A stretch of DNA of 64,000 bases, from positions 32,001-96,000 of IMG/VR virus record IMGVR_UViG_3300026085_000093; one strand, written 5' to 3'. The position numbers and the translations under genes are program-made. The notes beneath the pieces were generated by a model. The model had not been told where the DNA came from. It saw only the letters and a list, made by a program, of their open reading frames with translations, and searched no databases. Shown here in pieces: positions 35,873 through 44,699 of this stretch (positions are counted from its first letter, which is position 1; the number at the start of each line of letters is the position of its first letter). This stretch comes from a virus (Duplodnaviria; Caudoviricetes).

Positions 35873-37162
35873 CTAAGATAATATTATAACAGTCCTTACA
35901 AAACTTTCATAGAACAAGTCACTAAGGAAATATCCATAAATGACTGGGCTCGTATCGTAATTTCGTAGAAAATATCCTAGTACCATTGCAATCAGTATAC
36001 ATGCTATCATCCATTCGTGTATAGGAAAGATAACAACACTTATTACACTTATAGTAGTTAGGATCAATGTATTTGCATATACTCTATATTGCTTATAAAG
36101 ATACACTATTTGACCTAACAGATTAAAACCATACCAACTTAAAAGTAAACATATCAATGTCACTACAGGTATAAAGTAAAGTATAGAAGACAGTTTGTTT
36201 ACTGTGTTTTCTATATTAAATTGATAACCACTTTCTAACATCAAGTAGTATACAATTACTTCACTACCCGTAATAGGTATAGCAAGGATTAGCAAAGGCA
36301 ACAAACTAGATAATGCTCCGCTATTGTTAGCAGCCTCTGCGGCAGCAATGCTTTTAAGTACAGGCTTTTTAAAAAAGCGTTTTACAATGCCTGCACTAGC
36401 ATAACTACCAAGAATATTTGTTATGCCAGGAATAAGACCGCACCAAAATCCAATAAAGCTACCTAACAGGCTTGGACCAAATGTGCCTTTTCCTATTGCA
36501 TACTTACTTATCTTGCTAGGTTGGGAAATAGAAATGTTATGAATTTTTAGTATCTCAGGAAACAGATATAATCCAATCATTACACTTGCAAAAGGTATTC
36601 CTAAACTAAGATAAAAATTGTTAAAAACAAGAAACTGATCAAATGTAATTGGATCAATTCCTTGATGTGATATTAATCCTCCAAAACAAAACAGTAATAA
36701 TGTCAAAAGTTTATTCTGTTTTGTAAAAAATGTAATCATACATATTGCAACTAGTATTACAATTGTTTGTATAATACTGTTATAAAATTTGAATACATGC
36801 ATAATACTAGGCAAGGCAACTAAAAACAAACACATTGCAAATGCTACACCAACGGTGCTACTAATTGCGTTACTTGTTACAGCAAGGCCGCCTGCGCCTT
36901 TTTGAAACATTTTATGTCCGTATCTTGCTGTGCTAATTGCAGTAGCATCTCCGGGTATACCGTATAAGATTGCTGTAACACTATTAGTATAGTTAGTAGT
37001 AATAAGTATAGCAACATAACACGCCATAATATTAACCGCACTAGTTGACGCTAAAAACGGGTATAAGACACCAATAGCAACAAATGGACCAGCACCAGGT
37101 ACTAAACCGGCTAAAAGACCAGTTAGTAAACCGATACCACTCCAAATTCCTAATTCAATCAT
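35873..37162 (-). CDS. tctA: Tripartite tricarboxylate transporter large subunit
   Basis: GL.PG.G, YGIPGDATA..T, G.IPG, AAEAANNS; about 11-12 TM helices. Confidence 0.85.
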   Translation of the reverse strand: MIELGIWSGIGLLTGLLAGLVPGAGPFVAIGVLYPFLASTSAVNIMACYVAILITTNYTNSVTAILYGIPGDATAISTARYGHKMFQKGAGGLAVTSNAISSTVGVAFAMCLFLVALPSIMHVFKFYNSIIQTIVILVAICMITFFTKQNKLLTLLLFCFGGLISHQGIDPITFDQFLVFNNFYLSLGIPFASVMIGLYLFPEILKIHNISISQPSKISKYAIGKGTFGPSLLGSFIGFWCGLIPGITNILGSYASAGIVKRFFKKPVLKSIAAAEAANNSGALSSLLPLLILAIPITGSEVIVYYLMLESGYQFNIENTVNKLSSILYFIPVVTLICLLLSWYGFNLLGQIVYLYKQYRVYANTLILTTISVISVVIFPIHEWMIACILIAMVLGYFLRNYDTSPVIYGYFLSDLFYESFVRTVIILS

Positions 37163-38090
37163 TAACTATTATTTTTCTATCAACTACGCTGTTTGGTGTA
37201 ATCATTTCTTTATCGTTGTTGCTAATTTTACAACACATTTCTCTGCATACTTCAGGACATTTACCCCAAGTTAACAAGTTACTAAAGTTTAAAAATTTAT
37301 CTTTAATACTATCTAAACCTTCTGATATGTGTCCTAGAGAACTTATGTCGTTATCTATCCAACAACAAGGATAATAGTTACCTTGAGAATTTATATAATG
37401 CATATCGCCAGTATAACAGAAGGGTGCTAATTCGTCAAGTGTTTCTCTTTTTACATAGTCGAACCATTCTGGATTATAATAGTCTTTAATTTGACCATTA
37501 TTCGACATGTCATCATGTATAGTCCAACTTTTTTTAATTTTAAATTCATTCATGCCTATTTTTTTACTTAAGGCTATTGCTTCTTCAACTTGATGATGAT
37601 TGTGTTCAAAAACAATATACTTCCATCTAATCTGACATTTGCGTTTAGTAGTTGCTATAAGTTCAAAAAGTTCTTGTATTTTGTTCCAATTGCTGTTAAC
37701 TCGGTATATGCTATTAGTGTCTTGCAGTCCATCGATGCTAAGTTCAACAATACTAGACTCGGGCCATGTTTCTAGTACTCTTTGCCAAAACTCTTTTGTT
37801 TGCATACCGTTTGTTGTAACTTGCAATTCATTTGCCGAGAAAAAATGTTCTGAAATTTTGTGGAAATCAGGATGATATATAGGATCTCCTAAATTGCCTT
37901 GAAAAAATATGTAATCATATTTTTCAGGATTGGGCAAAAAATTTAGTAGCAAATCACTATCAATGTCTGACTTAGAACCAGGCCCGTGCATAGTTCTAAT
38001 ACATGCAGGACATGCTAATGGACATCTGTTGGTTAGTTCAATGTGCCAGCCTGTATATTTAAACTCGTCCAAAGGCCCATCTACGTTCAT
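37155..38090 (-). CDS. Radical SAM protein with C-terminal SPASM/twitch-like domain
   Basis: CPLACPAC, GNLGDP, TNG, SIDG, YPCCW; start ATG 38090 after GGTGG. Confidence 0.88.
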   Translation of the reverse strand: MNVDGPLDEFKYTGWHIELTNRCPLACPACIRTMHGPGSKSDIDSDLLLNFLPNPEKYDYIFFQGNLGDPIYHPDFHKISEHFFSANELQVTTNGMQTKEFWQRVLETWPESSIVELSIDGLQDTNSIYRVNSNWNKIQELFELIATTKRKCQIRWKYIVFEHNHHQVEEAIALSKKIGMNEFKIKKSWTIHDDMSNNGQIKDYYNPEWFDYVKRETLDELAPFCYTGDMHYINSQGNYYPCCWIDNDISSLGHISEGLDSIKDKFLNFSNLLTWGKCPEVCREMCCKISNNDKEMITPNSVVDRKIIVND

Positions 38091-38802
38091 AACACCACCA
38101 ACATTCTGTTTCACAATGATCTTCGAAATCGTTTAGTGCAGGACCATTTCTATTTTCACAAGACCTTGTAATGTCAAATAATTCCATAATATCATAGTGA
38201 TGATATAATTCTGCTACTTTCCTTTTATCATGACTAATAAAAGGTCTTACCATAGGAAACTTTTCGTCTTTTCCTCTCCAACTAGACCAATGGACTGCGT
38301 TTTCAGGTTCGTCTCTTTCTGCTGCCCTTGTATTCCAATCAGCATTAGAGATATCATCAGGATGTCCATCAAAATCAAACTCTATAGGTCTTGTGTATTT
38401 AGGATTACAAGGCCAAAAGTTTTTTCCTTCTTCTTCGGGAGGATTTGCTGTAATGCCTGCAAATGTAATATCAATATCTCTGTTTAAAATTAAATTCCTA
38501 ACAAGTTCTTCTTGTTTAGAATTATATTCTTCATATCTGCATACAGCACAATGTGTATCTTTGATTTCAATATTAGGATATCTATTTCGCATCCATTCAA
38601 TTACTCTTCTGGCAAATTTTATATTGTACGGTTTAACATCTGCTGTAGCAGTGATTGGTTGAATATATTCAATATCTATATTCTCATCAGTTATTTTTTT
38701 ACAAATCATATAAAGAATCATTGCACTGTCAGGTCCACCTGACAATTTTATACCAATTCGTTTAGTTCCATGTAAATCTATTGTAACTCCTTTTTCAATC
38801 AT
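38059..38802 (-). CDS. QueC-like PP-loop ATPase (7-cyano-7-deazaguanine synthase-like)
   Basis: LSGGPDSA PP-loop; RPF...DK; TRSC...HC..ECWWCYER zinc motif as in QueC. Confidence 0.65.
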   Translation of the reverse strand: MIEKGVTIDLHGTKRIGIKLSGGPDSAMILYMICKKITDENIDIEYIQPITATADVKPYNIKFARRVIEWMRNRYPNIEIKDTHCAVCRYEEYNSKQEELVRNLILNRDIDITFAGITANPPEEEGKNFWPCNPKYTRPIEFDFDGHPDDISNADWNTRAAERDEPENAVHWSSWRGKDEKFPMVRPFISHDKRKVAELYHHYDIMELFDITRSCENRNGPALNDFEDHCETECWWCYERRWAFGRV

Positions 38803-38821
38803 AACTTCTCCTATACACTAA

Positions 38822-39931
38822 TTAGTTTTTGTATTCATAAATCCACTCAAACCTGGGCTCTACATCTAAAAGGTGTTGTCCTCTAATATTGTCTAATGTT
38901 GTTGTGTAAGAATACAAATTGTGTAACAGTTCGTATTGTTTGTCTATGCTTATACTAAATAAATCAACTGCACTAGTTGCAAAATATTTTTTCCAATGAG
39001 AATAGTTTGTAGTTTCTAATATTTTTTGTTTTATATGTAAAGGTGTAATCAACGGATTTAGATACATAGGATCAAGAACTTGATGTCCAAGATCAATAGC
39101 GTGTTCTATTTTACTCTGCAAACTATCAAAATTATAGATACCATAAATGTTTGCAGTATAAATCCATCCAATTTCATTTGCATTAGGAAACGTTTTGTAA
39201 GATTTCCAATTATATAATGATTCTTCAAATGTAAATTTTCCGCCTCTAATGTATTGATACATCTCTCCATCAGATTCTACTGAAAAGAAAATATTGAGTT
39301 TATCAAATTTAGCAAACAATTTCTTTTCATCTTTGGTCAATCTATGTGTACCATTAGTGATAATCTGTAATGTTACGTTATGCTTGTTTGGAATACATTC
39401 TATAAACTCAAAGAATCTTGGATGCATAAAAGGTTCACCGCCTTTGATAATAACATACCTTAAAAAATCTAAACTAGATACAAATTTTATCATATCGCCA
39501 TCTATATTATCAAGAATCTTATTATTATCAAAATCGTCTAATGTAAAATTAACTTTATCTTTGAGTTGTCTATCTATTATCCAACTAGACGACTGTCCAG
39601 GATTACACATTCTACATTTGAGATTGCATAGATTGCCTATATCAATATCTAAAAATTCTATATCAAAATTTACCTGTTGACTGAACCAATCGTAATGATA
39701 TAAACGTCTACTTTGTTCGTTTCTCACTTCTCTATTTGTACAAGAAATGCACCCTTTCGGAACATGTTGATCAAAATCTTTTATAGCATTTGTTCTGTCA
39801 ACATTCAAAGAGTTGTAGTCAGTAAATTTTCCAAACTTATAAGTGCTATGGCCGCAAGGATTTAGGTTGCCTGTAGAATCTACAGATAGACCTTTATAAG
39901 CAAACCAGCAACTAGGTTTAGATTCCAACAA
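38822..39931 (-). CDS. Radical SAM protein with N-terminal SPASM/twitch-like domain
   Basis: SCWF...NPC...CISC; CNLKCRMC, GGEP, TNG; TTG start near 39931 (track start 40030). Confidence 0.88.
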   Translation of the reverse strand: MLESKPSCWFAYKGLSVDSTGNLNPCGHSTYKFGKFTDYNSLNVDRTNAIKDFDQHVPKGCISCTNREVRNEQSRRLYHYDWFSQQVNFDIEFLDIDIGNLCNLKCRMCNPGQSSSWIIDRQLKDKVNFTLDDFDNNKILDNIDGDMIKFVSSLDFLRYVIIKGGEPFMHPRFFEFIECIPNKHNVTLQIITNGTHRLTKDEKKLFAKFDKLNIFFSVESDGEMYQYIRGGKFTFEESLYNWKSYKTFPNANEIGWIYTANIYGIYNFDSLQSKIEHAIDLGHQVLDPMYLNPLITPLHIKQKILETTNYSHWKKYFATSAVDLFSISIDKQYELLHNLYSYTTTLDNIRGQHLLDVEPRFEWIYEYKN

Positions 39932-40577
39932 ACTCTTTATACCTTTGCGTAACTTTACCTGTAATTTTTGCAATGTTTCTAGGCCATGGTCCAGTGTTAG
40001 CAGTGCTATGTGGTATGTTTGCCCAATCAAACCAAATTACATCTCCTGCATGCCAAGGTGGTACGTAGGTATTACCAAATTGAATAATATGTCCAGGTGC
40101 CCAATCATCAAGCATTACAAAGCATCTACCCCATTCATCGTCTGTTGCTCTACTACTTGTTTGATCTGTACGTTCTTTTCGTAAACCAGTTAAACTATCT
40201 ATATGCAAGTGTAGCATCATTCCTGTATGTTGAGTTTGAATGTTTGTTTGTGCATTTTCTAAACCAATTTGTTCGGCTAAACTGTTTAGTATTGGTGTTT
40301 CATCCGTTGTTGTCCACTGCCTGTATACAACAAAGTCTAGGGGTATCCCCCAATCCTTGCAAAGCAATTCTTCATAGTCATAATTAAAACTGTCACCTTC
40401 TGGAGACACAGGTGAAGGCCAATAAAAGTCATATTGATTAGCATTTGCAATAGGTATTTCATCTTTCCATGTAGGTTCAATATTTCCTACAGTTCTAAAG
40501 CTTTTGCCATGGTCGCTTTCTCTGAACGGATTGAAATCATAATTGCTTTGCTTAACTGTAACATCCCATCTGTTCAT
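39918..40577 (-). CDS. 2OG-Fe(II) oxygenase-like (cupin/DSBH)
   Basis: LHIDS (HxD) ... PHSTAN ... R; paralog of the next gene. Confidence 0.7.
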   Translation of the reverse strand: MNRWDVTVKQSNYDFNPFRESDHGKSFRTVGNIEPTWKDEIPIANANQYDFYWPSPVSPEGDSFNYDYEELLCKDWGIPLDFVVYRQWTTTDETPILNSLAEQIGLENAQTNIQTQHTGMMLHLHIDSLTGLRKERTDQTSSRATDDEWGRCFVMLDDWAPGHIIQFGNTYVPPWHAGDVIWFDWANIPHSTANTGPWPRNIAKITGKVTQRYKEFVGI

Positions 40578-41146
40578 TTTATTAATTCCATAAATTTATC
40601 ATTTACTCCATTTTTTGCAGTAATTTTAGCGATAGTTCTTGAATAAGGACTTAAATTAGCAGTGCTGTGTGGAGTCTCTGAAGCAGGCCAGTATAGAACG
40701 TCTCCTGCTGTCCAGTTATGTAAAACAGTATTACCAAATTGTAAAATTTGCCCCCAATACCAATCTTGTAACATAACTATTACTCTAACAAGTTCTTTAT
40801 AGGCAAAATCTATATGTAGAGGAACATTCATACCTGTTGTTTGTGTTTGAATGGTCGTTACATATCCATCATTAAACCCTAATTGTTTTCCTATATATGC
40901 AAGATTAGGAAAAAAGAAATCATCTTCTATTGTATAGTTCATATACAAAATTTGTCCTTGTTCGATATGACCCTCATATCCTTCGCCTTCTGCTATGATA
41001 GGAGTTTGCATCGGTATAATCTGTTTTATTTCATTGATGTATGCATTACCTCCTACATTCTTAATAATTCTAACATCTTTTGTATCATCTATACTAGGAT
41101 TCCAATGATAGTCGGACTGAGATTTTAAATATTCCCACCTATCCAT
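40574..41146 (-). CDS. 2OG-Fe(II) oxygenase-like (cupin/DSBH)
   Basis: PLHIDF ... PHSTAN ... R; start ATG 41146. Confidence 0.7.
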   Translation of the reverse strand: MDRWEYLKSQSDYHWNPSIDDTKDVRIIKNVGGNAYINEIKQIIPMQTPIIAEGEGYEGHIEQGQILYMNYTIEDDFFFPNLAYIGKQLGFNDGYVTTIQTQTTGMNVPLHIDFAYKELVRVIVMLQDWYWGQILQFGNTVLHNWTAGDVLYWPASETPHSTANLSPYSRTIAKITAKNGVNDKFMELIK

Positions 41147-42053
41147 GAGACATCTCCACAAATATTCTATACATAGGCGGTCTATATAAATTACAATGAT
41201 CGTAATCCACTTTATCTATAGACAATCCTACATGTTTAGCAAGTGTTTCTACTGCATGTTCAGTCCAATTGAAATACCAAGTATATTTCCAATCGCGATC
41301 ATAAAAATAAAAAGCACTATTACGTTGAGCATGATCCATGTCTCCGTGTATCCAAGTGTGCGCATAAAGATGATCGGGCTGAAATACTTTATAATAGTGA
41401 TGTACGTGCGACCACAAAAGTAACCCGCCCGGTGCCAAACATTCTTTGAGTTTTTTGAAGTTTCTAAATTGTTCATCGTAAGTATACCAATTCTGTGGGC
41501 CAAAGCAAATGATTATATCCCAAGTTTTACCTTCAGTAATAAAATCACTTTGCTTGGACAAAATATCTGCTTCTTCTCTATACGGATCAACTCCAGTAAC
41601 ATTATTTAAATGTTTTTTGTATTCGTTAACTCCGCAACCCATATCTAAAATTGTTAAATTAGGATTTTCTTTTTGCATAGCCTGTAATCTGTCTACAAGT
41701 GCTTGTCCTCTAATATTCCATTTGTTTGTAATAGGTTTTTCGTCAACATCATATATAGTTCCTACTACACCCGTTGTGCTTGTACCATTTTCGCCAACAA
41801 AATAATTGTGTTGATACTGCTTATCAATTTCTTTTACAAAATCTTGCATACGTTTACCAAACCATTGATCAACTTTTCCTAAATGGATAGGATAATGCAT
41901 ATCACGAACAGTCATTGAAAATTCTTGTTCACAAGCATCAATAAATTCTTGTGTAAACGGCAATTGGCATATTGGAGATTCTGGTGCTATGTTCCAATAA
42001 AACATTTCTTGCACTTTATCCCAAATTAATTTATTAAGAGGGTTGTTATACAT
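41139..42053 (-). CDS. Class I SAM-dependent methyltransferase
   Basis: ILDMGCG, GVDPY, DIIICFG, L..GG. Confidence 0.82.
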   Translation of the reverse strand: MYNNPLNKLIWDKVQEMFYWNIAPESPICQLPFTQEFIDACEQEFSMTVRDMHYPIHLGKVDQWFGKRMQDFVKEIDKQYQHNYFVGENGTSTTGVVGTIYDVDEKPITNKWNIRGQALVDRLQAMQKENPNLTILDMGCGVNEYKKHLNNVTGVDPYREEADILSKQSDFITEGKTWDIIICFGPQNWYTYDEQFRNFKKLKECLAPGGLLLWSHVHHYYKVFQPDHLYAHTWIHGDMDHAQRNSAFYFYDRDWKYTWYFNWTEHAVETLAKHVGLSIDKVDYDHCNLYRPPMYRIFVEMSHG

Positions 42054-42055
42054 GT

Positions 42056-43054
42056 TTACCTTTCTATACTAAACACTGCAAAATTATTATCTATACTACA
42101 AGGATTATAAACTTTACAATCTATTTTAAATTCAAATTCTAAAACATTTTTTAATTTGGATACGTCATGATAATTTACAGCATTTCCTAACTTGTTTTTT
42201 AGTTCTTTGTTGTTATAATCAAATACACTAAAAACAACTTTTTTATTTGTAATTTTAAGAATATTTGACATTATATGCATTATAGTGTCGTGATCACAAC
42301 TGGTAAAAACACTGTTAACAAATGTAAAGTCATGTGGACTGACTTTTGGAAATTCCAAAAGAGCATATCCTGTTTTATTATAGTATTTGTTGTACCTATT
42401 CCAATGTATAAAATTATGCTCAGGATAAATTTCTTTACCTAATTTAATTGCTTTTTCATTTACATCTATACATGTGTATTGTGCTATAGGTACATAGTAT
42501 AATAAATTACCTGCTGCGCCTCCAATATCTAAAACACTACCTTGTCCTTTAAAATAATGTTGGAATACTTTACCTTGCTTTGCAGTTCCAATTTTTTGCT
42601 TTGTTGTTTTTGTTATTGGATAGACACTTATAAATTTGTCTAATTTTTCTTCTGGATAATTTTTATAATAATCTCCTTTTTCATATAACATACGCTGTTT
42701 CAACATAAATTCTTTTTTATTATGAATTATTATACACTGAAAGGGATTATTATCTTTTATTCCTTTAATAGGTGCAGTGTAGAAAAAAACTTTACTAGGA
42801 TCGTTAGCCCTTGCTTTATATATTTTTTCCATTATTATTTCTTTGTCTACATCTTGTCCAAGATACACTACACCCATTTCTTTAGAAGAATCCCAATCTT
42901 GAATAACATCAAAATTAGAACTACCATCTAAAAATTGTATTTGATTTTTAACACGTGAAGTTTTTGCAAATGGACAAGCATTTTTTGGTTCAACACTAGT
43001 TTTGCTCCATTGTAAAAAATCATGCACAAAAGAATCAAATAATTTAGTCGACAT
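42056..43054 (-). CDS. CPFA-domain (DUF1415-like) / class I methyltransferase fusion
   Basis: N-terminal ACPFAK..R.KN.IQF.DG; C-terminal VLDIGGAAG, CIDVN, NSVFT. Confidence 0.75.
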   Translation of the reverse strand: MSTKLFDSFVHDFLQWSKTSVEPKNACPFAKTSRVKNQIQFLDGSSNFDVIQDWDSSKEMGVVYLGQDVDKEIIMEKIYKARANDPSKVFFYTAPIKGIKDNNPFQCIIIHNKKEFMLKQRMLYEKGDYYKNYPEEKLDKFISVYPITKTTKQKIGTAKQGKVFQHYFKGQGSVLDIGGAAGNLLYYVPIAQYTCIDVNEKAIKLGKEIYPEHNFIHWNRYNKYYNKTGYALLEFPKVSPHDFTFVNSVFTSCDHDTIMHIMSNILKITNKKVVFSVFDYNNKELKNKLGNAVNYHDVSKLKNVLEFEFKIDCKVYNPCSIDNNFAVFSIER

Positions 43055-43535
43055 AAAATATCTCGTTATTTTTAAAATCTCTATCTCTTACATTTCTAAA
43101 TGGCTCGTAAAAACTTACACTTAAAACAATTCTATCATGTTCTGTTTTATTTGTAACACCATGAAACTGTCTTGTATTAAGTAACGCTACTTCTTCTCCA
43201 TTAAATCTTTCAATTTCGTCATCAAAATCATCTACAAAAATATTATAACTATTTTCAAAATCTCCTGTGACAGGAAAATTTAATGCACATAATCTATTAT
43301 GATCTCTATGTATAGGCAAACCGCCCCAATGAATCTTACTAAAAAACATTCTTTTGACGTGTTGCCCGGTGAAGTCTTGCAGGGCTTCTGACCATTCACA
43401 TTTAGGAACTCTCGATTCTTCTACAGGCCAAAGAATGCCTGCTTTGTCTTGACCTCTTTCAAAATTGCATTCTAATGCTGTTTTTAATACATCTTTTTTT
43501 GGCCAAACTATATCGTACTTGTAATAATATCTCAT
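43044..43535 (-). CDS. 2OG-Fe(II) oxygenase-like
   Basis: PIHRD..R..ALNFP ... FHGV ... R. Confidence 0.68.
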   Translation of the reverse strand: MRYYYKYDIVWPKKDVLKTALECNFERGQDKAGILWPVEESRVPKCEWSEALQDFTGQHVKRMFFSKIHWGGLPIHRDHNRLCALNFPVTGDFENSYNIFVDDFDDEIERFNGEEVALLNTRQFHGVTNKTEHDRIVLSVSFYEPFRNVRDRDFKNNEIFYVD

Positions 43536-44173
43536 AAAAATTTGATCCTTTTATTCTTTTCGTTTTGTTCCCAGTTAATAATACTACCGTCTAACATCCC
43601 TTGTTCTATTTCAGAATAACTATTATGGCGCCAACAACTTGTAATAATAACTCTGTCCTCATCTGCATCATTATCTACTCCATGTATTTCTGGACCTTTA
43701 AACATCCATGGAGCAAATTCATTAGTTTTTTCGCTGACACTGTAAGGCATTACATATTTTTTAGTGCTTCTATCAAAATCTTCATAAAATGTTTGCGGAC
43801 TTACATCTTCAAACTTTCCACGCACAGCAAAGTTAAGAACAGCAGGTCTGTTTCTGTCTTGATGCGGTGGTGTGCCTCCTATAGGCGTGCTTGTGTATAA
43901 CATTGTGTCAGGTGTAATAGCAGGCTTAAACAACATTGCAAGTTCATAATGAAACTCGCTCCATTTATAGTTTTTACATTCTAATCTTGGATTAAACGCT
44001 TCATGCACTGTCCATCTAATATGGCCGCAATCAAATTGATACCAATCTTCATTATCAATATTTTCTAAATGATCTAGCAAATATTCTCTATCGTACCAAA
44101 GTGTCGGAAGTTCACGACAGTACGGTGTTGATTTTGTCTCTTCCGAGAACATCGACTTTGTCTCTTGCGTCAT
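43532..44173 (-). CDS. 2OG-Fe(II) oxygenase-like
   Basis: PPHQD.NR.AVLNF ... IHGV ... R; start ATG 44173 after GGTGG. Confidence 0.68.
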   Translation of the reverse strand: MTQETKSMFSEETKSTPYCRELPTLWYDREYLLDHLENIDNEDWYQFDCGHIRWTVHEAFNPRLECKNYKWSEFHYELAMLFKPAITPDTMLYTSTPIGGTPPHQDRNRPAVLNFAVRGKFEDVSPQTFYEDFDRSTKKYVMPYSVSEKTNEFAPWMFKGPEIHGVDNDADEDRVIITSCWRHNSYSEIEQGMLDGSIINWEQNEKNKRIKFL

Positions 44174-44699
44174 CGTTCCACCTTTCATAATTTGTTTGTA
44201 TAATTTCAAAATACTTTATCATTGTATCTGCATCTGTTACTTGAAAACAGGTCATAGGGTTGTGTGTAAAATCTTCGTACTTCATATGTTTCATAATCAA
44301 ATTATCGATTACCATCGCATATCTATGACTACGCTTTTCTCCTAAACCTTCTCTGCTCATATCTTCTGCCATTCCTATAGTTTCTGCCCATTTGCCTGTA
44401 GGATCTGGCAACGCTTGTATATTTTGCAAACCATCGTTTTTAATCCATGCACGTTGTACATATGTGTCATCTATACTTGTAAACCAAATTTCGTCTAAAC
44501 CTAGTTCTTTAAATCTATCATAATAAAAATCATAAGTTCTTGCTTGACTTGCAGCGTATTCGACTAAAAATAATCCAGGTAAACCTAACAACAATATTTT
44601 TTTGTTTTCAAATAATTCGTACGTATCAATCCACCGTGTTGTTGTACCAACTTTGTGCATAGTCTTTATGTTAGGTATTTTATCTCCTACTCTAATCAT
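44112..44699 (-). CDS. Peroxiredoxin (Prx5/redoxin)-fold protein lacking the peroxidatic Cys
   Basis: VGD.IP, LPGLF (cf. PGAFTPTC), SIDD.YV..AW, DP.G, S.RYAMVI. Confidence 0.75.
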   Translation of the reverse strand: MIRVGDKIPNIKTMHKVGTTTRWIDTYELFENKKILLLGLPGLFLVEYAASQARTYDFYYDRFKELGLDEIWFTSIDDTYVQRAWIKNDGLQNIQALPDPTGKWAETIGMAEDMSREGLGEKRSHRYAMVIDNLIMKHMKYEDFTHNPMTCFQVTDADTMIKYFEIIQTNYERWNDDARDKVDVLGRDKINTVLS

